Assembly: GCA_051874695.1 (NCBI GenBank)
Contig: JBJEGC010000027.1
Span: 18,582 to 82,581, forward strand
Reading direction: 5' to 3'
Length of the DNA: 64,000 bases
DNA from: Candidatus Bruticola sp.
GTDB lineage: Bacteria; Vulcanimicrobiota; Xenobia; Xenobiales; Xenobiaceae
Of this stretch, positions 35,598 through 44,249 are shown piece after piece. The position numbers and the translations under genes are program-made. The notes under the pieces are model-generated. The model made no database searches, had not been told where the DNA came from, and worked only from the letters and a program-made list of their open reading frames with translations. Each line of letters begins with the position of its first letter. Position 1 is the first letter of the stretch.

Positions 35598-36803
35598 ATG
35601 CTCAACCTGGTTGCTCCGGTCAGCTGCAATATTATTTTGGCTTCGAAAAGCTGTACGGCTGACGCCATGCTCAGTTCTCAAGAGTGGTCTAATATTTTAG
35701 AAAAGCTTGGAGCGGCCAACGAATTCAGGATTTACGGTTTTGAAAAGTGGTTTTCTCTCAGAAAAGAAGCCGGAGAGAATGCCGACGCTATTTTGGCTTT
35801 CTGGAAACATCTGGATAATTTTAAAAAGTGTTTCCATATTTATCTGGATGCCTCTTTAGCTCCCGAGGACTTCCCCCGTCAGTTGTGGGCTTCGCTTTTA
35901 AATTGTTCCTATTTGGGGAGTGTCGTTTTCTGTTTTTCCGGTCGGCATGCATTGACTGAGGAGCCCGGTTGGCCGCTCATGGAAGAGGCTTCAGCCGCTG
36001 GTTTCGATACTGGGGTATCAGTTTTGCTGACCGATTACAGCGCTTCCTGCATCGAAGAGTTGACCAATGAATCTCTCGATGGAGGAGCCTCGCTAGTTAT
36101 TTTTGAGCGTTTGTCTCCTCAGTTTTCCGAGCAGCTCTCTGCAGACAGTCTGCGCAGCAGTGCGGAACAAATAAAAGAACTGCGCCAGCTCGGTATGGAG
36201 GCCGCCATGAGCGGTTGCTTCCCCAACTGTTTTAGCAAGGGAGACATACCTTCTTGTCTGGCAGGAACGGTGAGCTGTGCCATTACTCCCGACGGCCTGC
36301 TTCGTCCTTGTCGCTATGCCGATAGCGCGGGTTGTTTAAGTCTTTTGCAGAATAGTTTAACTGAAGCCTGGCACAGCGAGGCTTTAACTGGCTGGCGTCA
36401 GATTAGTGCCGGGAGCTGTCAGGGCTGCAACAAATGCAACTTGTGTCCAGGGGGCTGTTTGCTTTATGCTTACTCCAGCAACGGCCAAAAAACTGATCCT
36501 TTAATTTCTGAAACTGAAGCTGAAGAGACTGTTTTGCAGGAAGTTACCTTGGAAGACGAGCTCTGTCCGGTGCCTTGTTACAATATTAGGGCCGAAGAAT
36601 TCGGTTGGCTTCTGATGCGCGGATCGAGAGTTGTTCCTGTCAGTTCTAAAGCGGCTGCAGTTTTGGCCCGTTTTGACGGTAAAACTACTTTAGGACAAAT
36701 AGAAGAAGAATTTGGCTCGGGAGCTTTGTCTTTTATTTACTCTCTGTATGTGCGTGGTTTCGCCGAGTTTAAAGAGAACTTGACGCCGGGCGGGGATAGC
36801 TGA
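35598..36803 (+). CDS. Radical-SAM-like protein lacking CxxxCxxC, with SPASM domain and C-terminal PqqD/RRE-like domain
   Basis: GGAGG RBS. SPASM motifs CLAGTVSCAITPDGLLRPC and CQGCNKCNLCPGGC. C-terminal AAVLARFDGKTTLGQIEEEF...FIYSLYVRGF is PqqD-like. Confidence 0.85.
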   Translation: MLNLVAPVSCNIILASKSCTADAMLSSQEWSNILEKLGAANEFRIYGFEKWFSLRKEAGENADAILAFWKHLDNFKKCFHIYLDASLAPEDFPRQLWASLLNCSYLGSVVFCFSGRHALTEEPGWPLMEEASAAGFDTGVSVLLTDYSASCIEELTNESLDGGASLVIFERLSPQFSEQLSADSLRSSAEQIKELRQLGMEAAMSGCFPNCFSKGDIPSCLAGTVSCAITPDGLLRPCRYADSAGCLSLLQNSLTEAWHSEALTGWRQISAGSCQGCNKCNLCPGGCLLYAYSSNGQKTDPLISETEAEETVLQEVTLEDELCPVPCYNIRAEEFGWLLMRGSRVVPVSSKAAAVLARFDGKTTLGQIEEEFGSGALSFIYSLYVRGFAEFKENLTPGGDS

Positions 36804-36851
36804 CTTTACCCACATTTTATAGTTTTAACCAATCTGAACGGGGAGCTGACA

Positions 36852-37313
36852 ATGAGGCGAACTTTAAGCCGCGATTTTATGGATTTGGTGCGCCATTTTG
36901 CCTATCATGAAAAACAGGTTCATGTTTATGGCGTAAAAGAACCTCTGTACCGCTCAGAAATTCATGTAGTTTGGTTGGTAGGGGCTGAGCCCGGCCTTTA
37001 CGGTCTGAAGCTAGCTAAAAAGATTGGCATTACTAAAAGTGCAGCTTCGCAAATTCTTTCTAAGCTAGAAAAAAGGGGCATGATTTCTAGCCGTGTGGCC
37101 GCTGATAAACTGACCAAACGGGAGTATACCCTAACTGAAGAGGGGTGGAAGGTTTTTGCTTTCCATGAGGAGTTGCATCGCGAATTTGAAAAACGTTTTA
37201 ATGCATTTTTAAGGAGATATACTCCCGAGCAGCGCAAATTTTTAAAAGGCTTTGTGCAAGATCTTAATAACGTGCTGAATCTTTGGTTCACCGACGATCT
37301 ATATATACTGTAG
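36852..37313 (+). CDS. MarR family transcriptional regulator
   Basis: SEIHVV, LAKKIGITKSAASQILSKLEKRGMI and YTLTEEG winged-helix motifs. Confidence 0.9.
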   Translation: MRRTLSRDFMDLVRHFAYHEKQVHVYGVKEPLYRSEIHVVWLVGAEPGLYGLKLAKKIGITKSAASQILSKLEKRGMISSRVAADKLTKREYTLTEEGWKVFAFHEELHREFEKRFNAFLRRYTPEQRKFLKGFVQDLNNVLNLWFTDDLYIL

Positions 37314-37333
37314 TAGTTGCAAAGCATTGACTT

Positions 37334-37383
37334 AAAGCATGACTGTTTATATGGCCACCATTATAACAGCTCATGCTTTTTTT
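37334..37383 (+). terminator. Rho-independent terminator after the MarR gene
   Basis: AAAGCATGACTGTT...AACAGCTCATGC-TTTTTTT. Confidence 0.7.
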
Positions 37384-37409
37384 CTATGTTAGGAAGCTAT
37401 GTTAGGAAG
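37384..37409. repeat. Perfect 13-bp tandem duplication upstream of the pilin operon
   Basis: CTATGTTAGGAAG x2. Confidence 0.85.
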
Positions 37410-37567
37410 CCCGATTTTATAAGTATTTTAAGGTTTTGGGGAGGAAAAACTTGGAAAATATTTAAGGTTTGCGCTATTATTATATAAAGGGTGTGTGAGG
37501 GCTTGGCGGCGCTTTAGAGCTTTTTCTATTCGAGCCATGCAAAAAAAGGAGAGGAAACTATCATAAT

Positions 37568-38143
37568 ATGCGTGTTTTAACCAGGCGTTCTAGGTCTTAT
37601 GCTTTTTCGTTAGCAGAGCTTATGGTAGTTATATCTGTAGCTTCGCTGCTCATTGCCATTGTGGCGCCGGCTTGGAATAGCTACAACACCCGTCTAATGG
37701 TGTTGACCAGTGCCAACGAAGTTGTAACTGAACTGCGCAATGCTCGTGAAAACGCTTTCCGTACTGGTACTTTTACATATTTCAGATATTCGGTTAAGAG
37801 CTCCAAGAAAAAGACGTACTATGCGTATCGTAGGAACACACGTTTGTCTAGCTTGGGTTTAACTAACGGTGTGCTTAATGGTAGTGCTGGCTGGGGTGGT
37901 ACTGAGATGACCGACTCATTGATCTCTAAAGTACGCACGCTGGATCGTAGGTGCGATTTTTATAGCAGTGCCACGGCTACCTCTGCCCTCAGTAGTGCTT
38001 ACCTTGAGTTTGAGAACGATGGTTCGGTGTCTGGTAAGTCTGGTTTTACAAAATCGGGCAACGATTATGTCATCTATGTCGGTTCCGGAGGTTACTGTGT
38101 GCCGATTACAGTTTCTCCTGTTGGGCGTATAACGGTAGGTTAA
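37568..38143 (+). CDS. Type IV minor pilin, FimT/FimU/GspH-like
   Basis: Class III signal RRSRSYA|FSLAELMVV, ELRNARENA, C-terminal ITVSPVGRI. Confidence 0.8.
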   Translation: MRVLTRRSRSYAFSLAELMVVISVASLLIAIVAPAWNSYNTRLMVLTSANEVVTELRNARENAFRTGTFTYFRYSVKSSKKKTYYAYRRNTRLSSLGLTNGVLNGSAGWGGTEMTDSLISKVRTLDRRCDFYSSATATSALSSAYLEFENDGSVSGKSGFTKSGNDYVIYVGSGGYCVPITVSPVGRITVG

Positions 38144-38145
38144 GC

Positions 38146-39021
38146 ATGAACAAGAACGTTAACTTTGCTGCACAGAAGAAAAAACGGGGCGTAGCTCTTA
38201 TCTCGGCCCTCTTTGTTTTAGTTATTATGGCGACTATTTGCGGTGGTTTTGTGTCTATCATGGCCCAGAGCAGTTCTGCTTCGCGCCGGGATGCCGAAGA
38301 GAGCATTCTGCTCTATACGGCTGAAGCTGGTCTAGAGTACGCCAAATGGTGTGTAAAGCACAATTTAACTTATTATCCGGTGCGCGATCTATATACCGCT
38401 TCTTCTTCCACCGTCCCCAGAATAAAGGCGGGTGGTCTTTACAATTTTTGGGGATCGAGTGCCTATTTCGCTTTTCCCGGTGCCGACGTCTCTTCTTCCA
38501 ATGTCGCTTCAATAGATTACCTGACCCGTCGCTACGAATATCTCTACTGGACCGATTTAAGTTACGAAAATCCGAATCAGAGCGGCCACAAAAATGTTTT
38601 TGACATAAACGGAGAAAAACGTTTTTTGACAACTTTCCAAATTTCGGTTGGTGTAGTTTGGGATAACGCTAAAACTAGTTCTACTTATAACAATGCTTCC
38701 ACTGTCAATTATGTAAGGGCTGTTGGCTCCTCCAGTGAGCGCGGCTTCCCTGTAGAATTAGTTTCTACAGCTAGGTTGTGGAGTCTGAAGGACAACGGTC
38801 AGCTCTACAACGCTTTTAATAATCAGAATAGCACCTATCAATTAAATTTGGTAGAAACGTCAAAACTTATTCAAGATTTGGGAGCCGTTCAGGAGGCCGC
38901 TCGTACTTTGCACTGCACCTTTATGCATGCAGTTAATGCCGATCAATATGTAAACAGCTATCCTAAACAAGATTATTACGATGTAAAAATGTTTAAAGAC
39001 TACAGGGATTTTGCGAGATGA
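38146..39021 (+). CDS. Type IV minor pilin, PilX/GspK-like
   Basis: KKKRG|VALISAL (no Glu5) and the PilX motif LYTAEAGLEYA. Confidence 0.85.
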   Translation: MNKNVNFAAQKKKRGVALISALFVLVIMATICGGFVSIMAQSSSASRRDAEESILLYTAEAGLEYAKWCVKHNLTYYPVRDLYTASSSTVPRIKAGGLYNFWGSSAYFAFPGADVSSSNVASIDYLTRRYEYLYWTDLSYENPNQSGHKNVFDINGEKRFLTTFQISVGVVWDNAKTSSTYNNASTVNYVRAVGSSSERGFPVELVSTARLWSLKDNGQLYNAFNNQNSTYQLNLVETSKLIQDLGAVQEAARTLHCTFMHAVNADQYVNSYPKQDYYDVKMFKDYRDFAR

Positions 39022-40460
39022 TTTGGATAAACAGAAACAAGCGTAGGCGCGGCGTCACTCTTATTGAAATCCTGGTAGCCGTAGCTATTTTGGCTATAGG
39101 TTTCGGAACCGTCTTTCAGGTGTTCCCTATGGGGTACGCGGCGGCAGCTAAAGGGAAAAATCTCAATATAGCTTACGAATTGGCGTCGCGTCGTTTGGAG
39201 GAAGCTCGGGGCTATGTGCTCTTTGGTGGTAATCCCACCAACGGTAATGCACTCTCTTCGTTTGCCTATTGGGGCAGCGGGGCGCCGGCTCCCGATGGGA
39301 CCACTTATAAGGCTGTCAGTACTAATGGCAATTTTGTGGCTTTCAGCACCTCCACCGCTCCAGAGAATAAGTACTTCTACAAGATAGACTGTCTGCCGGT
39401 AGTGGACAATCGCCGCCTCTATCTGGAGTTCCCGGCCAGGCGCACCGGCACTAAATCGCCCATCCACTATAACGGCAGTTATGCTGCGGCAACTGAAGTA
39501 GCCGATACGGCCAACGCCGGGTTCGCTTCTATGTTCCGCCTTACTGTAACGGTGCGCGGTCCGCTTCCCAGTGCCGATCTGGCGGCCGATGACGAGTTTG
39601 TCAACTATAGCGAAGGAGCTGTGGAGGCCATACTTTCCACTATGGTTTGCAATGAGAACTTAGGCGATGCTCTGTTAGCTTCCAACATGGTTTTGCGCAA
39701 CGCCAGCTACGGTAGAGTAGGCGATGACGCCACCGGCGGTTTGGCTGGAGTGGCCACCTATGCCGGAACTCCCAGACGCGGTCCGACTGTATCTAATTTG
39801 AACAAAGTTCTCATTAAAGGCTTTACTCAAACTAATCCTCACCCCGAGAATTTTACAGTTCTCAACGTAGCGAACTTAACACCTACCGAATTGGCCGACA
39901 CCGGACCCAGCATATTGGATAGTGCCGGGGCCGCTGCTGTGGGGCGCAGCCGCTTCGCCAACGATGCCTACTACGATCCTAGTTACGGTAAGTACAACCC
40001 TTATTATAAAGATAAAACGGGCAGCCAGTTCTCTGCTCAAGAACTTATTGAAACTAACATTCTCGGTTTAGATAACGTAATGATTTACTCTCCGTCTTTA
40101 GCTGTAGGCGGCTCTACTTACAAGCATAGCGCTTGTTCCTGGACTGGTGGCGGCTGGATTGCCGAGAGCAATAAAATTCATCGTCTGTTGCCGCCTGGAG
40201 CCGGCGGTAACCCCAGCAGCAGTTATTGGTGCCTGGAGTTGGTTAACGATCTTATCGGTCGCGACGGCGATTCTCCCAGCAAGGCGGGAGCTGCTCTTAT
40301 GGATATGAAGTTTGATGGCGACATCTATTTGGGGAGCAGCACCGTTGTTGGCTACACGGCTGGCAGCTGCGATTCCAGCGGTAACGTTTTTGGCACCAGG
40401 GTTCGCACCTTAGTGCGCATTGAGGCCGGTAAGAACTACAACAGCGTTTTGAAGTATTAG
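39018..40460 (+). CDS. Type IV minor pilin, PilV/GspI-like, with a large C-terminal extension
   Basis: RRRG|VTLIEILVAVAIL and AYELASRRLEE; 480 aa. Confidence 0.85.
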   Translation: MIWINRNKRRRGVTLIEILVAVAILAIGFGTVFQVFPMGYAAAAKGKNLNIAYELASRRLEEARGYVLFGGNPTNGNALSSFAYWGSGAPAPDGTTYKAVSTNGNFVAFSTSTAPENKYFYKIDCLPVVDNRRLYLEFPARRTGTKSPIHYNGSYAAATEVADTANAGFASMFRLTVTVRGPLPSADLAADDEFVNYSEGAVEAILSTMVCNENLGDALLASNMVLRNASYGRVGDDATGGLAGVATYAGTPRRGPTVSNLNKVLIKGFTQTNPHPENFTVLNVANLTPTELADTGPSILDSAGAAAVGRSRFANDAYYDPSYGKYNPYYKDKTGSQFSAQELIETNILGLDNVMIYSPSLAVGGSTYKHSACSWTGGGWIAESNKIHRLLPPGAGGNPSSSYWCLELVNDLIGRDGDSPSKAGAALMDMKFDGDIYLGSSTVVGYTAGSCDSSGNVFGTRVRTLVRIEAGKNYNSVLKY

Positions 40461-40489
40461 TTAAGGGCGTAACGGCAGGGAGGCTCACT

Positions 40490-41230
40490 ATGAATATGAG
40501 GTTTAACGGTTTGCGGTCTAACGCATCGAGGCAACGTGGCTTTACTTTGGTGGAGCTGCTTATAGCCATAGCCATGTTTTCGCTCTTTACTTTAACTCTC
40601 ACGCAGCTGCTGATGGGTGGCATCGATGCCTTTAAGCGCGGTCAGGTTATTACAACTTTAAAGAGCGATGTGAAATCCTGTCTGACTCAAATTGAATCCG
40701 ATTTGCGTTTTGCCAACAGTCGGTCTTCTTTTACTGACCCTGTTTATACTTCTGGGAATCAGTCTTTGTCAGCTTCTTTCTACCGTTTTCCTGCCAGAGA
40801 TATTGACTGGACGGTTGACGGATCAACTTCCACTTATAAGGTGGATTATACTATTGATAAAGAGGGCGATACCTATGTGCTGAACTACGCTAAGAAAAGC
40901 GGTACTAAGTACAAGATGATTGATAATGTTATGCTCTCTACGGTGCCGGGCCAAGCTGGTACTTCTGGCAATTACAACAGTTACTTCCAGTGGGGACGCG
41001 TCAGTTATGGAAGCAATATTAATACCGTTCCCGAAGATGTAATGAATGTGCGCTTAACCAGCGGACGCTATTTGGGCAAGGAAATTCTGACCATGACCAT
41101 GTCTAGCGCAGTAGCTGTGCGCACTCCTGTAAGTTGTTCCAACATGAAAGCCAGCGGCGGTATCCGTACTCAGTCTGTTGAGCTTCTGCCTTTCGAAGTG
41201 AACCTGCGGGCCGGTTCTGTGTCGTTTTAA
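40490..41230 (+). CDS. Type IV minor pilin, PilW/GspJ-like
   Basis: RQRG|FTLVELLIA and LTQIESDLRFA. Confidence 0.87.
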   Translation: MNMRFNGLRSNASRQRGFTLVELLIAIAMFSLFTLTLTQLLMGGIDAFKRGQVITTLKSDVKSCLTQIESDLRFANSRSSFTDPVYTSGNQSLSASFYRFPARDIDWTVDGSTSTYKVDYTIDKEGDTYVLNYAKKSGTKYKMIDNVMLSTVPGQAGTSGNYNSYFQWGRVSYGSNINTVPEDVMNVRLTSGRYLGKEILTMTMSSAVAVRTPVSCSNMKASGGIRTQSVELLPFEVNLRAGSVSF

Positions 41231-41328
41231 GAAAAACTGTATGAAAAAGAGCTTGCTGGGGTAGTTCCTGATAGGCAGTATGAGAATATTGCTGGCATAG
41301 GGTAGCTGCCGTACAGGAGTGCGACAAG

Positions 41329-41378
41329 AAAAAAAAGGCGATACCTAGTTTTTATAACCAGGTATCGCCTTTTTTTTT
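41329..41378 (+). terminator. Rho-independent terminator of the pilin operon
   Basis: A8-GGCGATACCT...AGGTATCGCC-T9. Confidence 0.85.
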
Positions 41379-41654
41379 CTTCACAAAATGTTTGAATTTT
41401 ATTGGAAGTACATATGGCCCAGGAGCTTAACTATGTTCGAATAAAATATGGCAATTATATTTTTCTCGATACTATTGAGAAGGTTGAAAAGCGGCTGGTT
41501 ACAACGCAAGCTTTTATGTCTTTTATAAAGACAGCCCAAATAACAAAGTAATACTTAAATTATTTGAAACTATAAAAATATTACAGTTGAACACAGTTAC
41601 TTTGTGGAAGAAAATTTTTACTATGTAGATTTGAAGGAATTGTATTTAAGTTAT

Positions 41655-41688
41655 AAAGAGAGCCTGCCGAACCGGCAGGCTCTCTTTT
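41655..41688 (-). terminator. Terminator of the metal ABC operon
   Basis: AAAGAGAGCCTGCCG-AAC-CGGCAGGCTCTCTTT perfect stem. Confidence 0.8.
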
Positions 41689-41693
41689 GTCTA

Positions 41694-42497
41694 TTAGTTT
41701 GTCTGGCGCAAACGTTTTATTATCAGGGATATGACCAGAAATGAGCAAGTAACGGCTGTTATGGAAGCGCTGGTAGGTAAATCGTAACGGACGGAAAGGG
41801 CTACTCCTGTAAAGACCGAGGCTAAAGCGGAAATTAGGGAAGTAGCACAAACCCACCGCCAGCGGTGACTCAAGCATAAGCCGGTCAGCGGAGGTACAAT
41901 CAACATGGCAAAAACCAGCAGAGCACCGGCACTGTGTATAGCGACAGCTATAGCCAAACCTACTGTAAAGTAAAATAGCCAGTTCCAAAACTTCACATTA
42001 TACCCCAGAGCCTGAGCCATCATAGGATCGAATGAAGTCAGCATAAACTGTTTAAAAAACAGTGCACTTACGATCACAATAAAGGCCAGCGAACCTGTCA
42101 TTAGGTAAATGTCGGTTGAGGTAACGGCCAGCACGTTGCCGAAGAGCAGGCTGAGCATATCACTGTCAGCGTGAGGAGACAGGGCTATAAACAGTACTGC
42201 CGCCGCTCCGGCGGCAACATAAGCGCTGCCTATAAGTCCTTCGGAAGGGAGGCCCTGCCGATGATCTTTGGCAAAAAATGTCACACCTCCCAGCATAAGA
42301 ATAACTGCCCCCAAACTGCAGGGAATGTGGAGCAGACCGCTCATAGCAATACCGGCAGTAGCCAGCTGAGCGAGGGCCACTCCTACAAAGGTTATGCGGC
42401 GCAGTACAGTCAGTACTCCCAAATAGGCAGTCATTAAAGCGGTTAAAGAGGCCGAAAGCAGGGCTAAAGAAGTAAAATCTAAATTATCAATAGACAT
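41694..42497 (-). CDS. znuB: Zn/Mn ABC transporter permease
   Basis: LGVLTVLRR, LLFGNVL, SFDPMMA and GALLVFAMLIVP (ABC-3 family). Confidence 0.9.
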   Translation of the reverse strand: MSIDNLDFTSLALLSASLTALMTAYLGVLTVLRRITFVGVALAQLATAGIAMSGLLHIPCSLGAVILMLGGVTFFAKDHRQGLPSEGLIGSAYVAAGAAAVLFIALSPHADSDMLSLLFGNVLAVTSTDIYLMTGSLAFIVIVSALFFKQFMLTSFDPMMAQALGYNVKFWNWLFYFTVGLAIAVAIHSAGALLVFAMLIVPPLTGLCLSHRWRWVCATSLISALASVFTGVALSVRYDLPTSASITAVTCSFLVISLIIKRLRQTN

Positions 42498-42536
42498 ATT
42501 TTCTCTCAGAAAAAATAAGGCAGGGCCGATTTACGA

Positions 42537-43283
42537 TCATTTATTCCAATGGATGGGGCGTCCGAAAAGTTTGCTCAAATATTGAGAAGTAAATATTTCT
42601 TTAGGTTCGCCCCAACTGACGGTGCGGCGGCCGTTGCTATCGGCGTGAAAAATGCCGACAATTTGTGCATGTTCGGCTACTATCTCCAACATGTGGGTCA
42701 CGATAACTACTGTCATGCCTTGCTGATGCAACCGGGAGACTATTTCTAAAGTATCTTGGCTGGCTCCTAAGTCCATGCCGTTAGTCGGTTCGTCCAGAAG
42801 GAGCACTTGAGGCTTAGAAACTAGGGCCCGGGCCATAAGCACTCGTTGTAACTGGCCGCCGGAAAGGGCGCTGATGTGAGCATCGGAGCGGTCGGCCAAA
42901 TTTACCTGTTCCAAAGCTTCTTTTACGGCTTGGCGGTCTTCTGAGGAAGGGCGGAAGCGATAACCCATTTGGGCGTAACGCCCCATAAGTACAGTATCAA
43001 ATACGGAAAGGGGAAACGAAGTTTCTAAAGTTTGATGCTGGGGCATGTAGCCCAATCCTTCCAAACGACGTTGTTCTTGGCTTGAACGGTCAAAGAATTT
43101 AATTTGGCCGATTACAGGTTTTAGAGCTCCCACCAATCCTTTTAATAAAGTAGATTTGCCGACGCCGTTTGAGCCTACTAAGCCTATATATTTTCCTCTT
43201 TCCAAAGAAAAATTGAGCCCTTCCAATATGGGGCGGCCGCCGTAGCCTAAACTTACTTGGCTAAATTCTGCAAATGTAGCCAT
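42537..43283 (-). CDS. znuC: Zn/Mn ABC transporter ATPase
   Basis: GSNGVGKST, GYMPQ, LSGGQLQR and LLDEPT motifs. Confidence 0.9.
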   Translation of the reverse strand: MATFAEFSQVSLGYGGRPILEGLNFSLERGKYIGLVGSNGVGKSTLLKGLVGALKPVIGQIKFFDRSSQEQRRLEGLGYMPQHQTLETSFPLSVFDTVLMGRYAQMGYRFRPSSEDRQAVKEALEQVNLADRSDAHISALSGGQLQRVLMARALVSKPQVLLLDEPTNGMDLGASQDTLEIVSRLHQQGMTVVIVTHMLEIVAEHAQIVGIFHADSNGRRTVSWGEPKEIFTSQYLSKLFGRPIHWNK

Positions 43284-43284
43284 G

Positions 43285-44217
43285 TTATTTCAAAGCCTTA
43301 GCCAGTTGATTAACGTTATACTCCATCATATCTAAGTAGGTGGAAGTATTGGGCAAGCTTCCAGGCTGAATGGGCAGTTTCAAAGCGGAAGCTCCAGATT
43401 TCTGAGCGACAGAGTTAGGCAGGTTTTCAGGGTACCAAGGCTCAAAAACTATAACTTTAACTTTGGAGCCTTTCATTAGTTCAACCAGTTCATTGAGCTG
43501 GCGGCTGGAAGGAGATACGCCGGGTTTAGGTTCAATGTTGCCGCATACTTTTAAGCCGAAATGAGCGGCAAAGTAGCTCCAAGTGCTGTGGTAAGTAACA
43601 ATATTGCTGCCGGCATAAGGTTTTAATATAGCTTTCCAACGTTTGTCAGCCTGATCTATTTTATGCCAGTAAGCGCTGTAATTTTTATCGTAAATAGCCG
43701 AACCTTCCGGATCGAGACGTTTGAAGAAGGCGGTCATAGTTCTGGCTACATGTTTTACATTGGTGGGGTTGAGAGTGTAGTGAGGATTGCCGTCAGGGTG
43801 AGCGTCGCCGCGGGAGCGATCTACTTTGCCGCTCGGTTTGTCCATAACTTTAATGCCTGCGCTGGCTTCCAAAAAGTTGGGTTGTCCGGGCATAATTTTA
43901 GGATTGCGGGCGCTGCGCAGTAAACTGGGGGCCCAGCCTATTTCCAAAGAGAGACCGGTTTCAATAAAGGCATCGGCTTGCTGTAATGCACGCAGATAGC
44001 TGGGCTTAGTTTCGACAAAATGCGGATCCTGGCCACCTTTAGCTATACAGGTAACTTTCACGCGTGAGCCGCCTATCTGGCGGGCAATGTCGGCCAAATC
44101 GGGAGTAGTTACAGCTACATTTAAAGTTTTGTCGGCTAATACAGGCTGCGAAAACCAGAAAGCCGTGCATAGAGCTATTAAGAGAACGCACCAAACAGAA
44201 GTTTTAGACATAAACAA
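43285..44217 (-). CDS. znuA: Zn/Mn ABC substrate-binding protein (cluster A-I)
   Basis: Metal-ligand motifs QDPHF, HPDGNPHY, TYHSTWSY and EPKPG. Confidence 0.9.
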   Translation of the reverse strand: MFMSKTSVWCVLLIALCTAFWFSQPVLADKTLNVAVTTPDLADIARQIGGSRVKVTCIAKGGQDPHFVETKPSYLRALQQADAFIETGLSLEIGWAPSLLRSARNPKIMPGQPNFLEASAGIKVMDKPSGKVDRSRGDAHPDGNPHYTLNPTNVKHVARTMTAFFKRLDPEGSAIYDKNYSAYWHKIDQADKRWKAILKPYAGSNIVTYHSTWSYFAAHFGLKVCGNIEPKPGVSPSSRQLNELVELMKGSKVKVIVFEPWYPENLPNSVAQKSGASALKLPIQPGSLPNTSTYLDMMEYNVNQLAKALK

Positions 44218-44249
44218 TGCTCCTTTGCTTATTTACTGCCATAATAAAA

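Noticed and set aside
36852-37313. MarR regulator as a dedicated part of the RiPP-like cluster
   Set aside because: It is only 48 nt downstream and may be co-transcribed, but it is a generic MarR and I found no operator tying it to the precursor genes.
41380-41650. AT-rich spacer between two terminators (possible sRNA or gene relic), and ORF 41581-41988
   Set aside because: No recognisable structure or coding motif. The ORF overlaps znuB out of frame and crosses its terminator.
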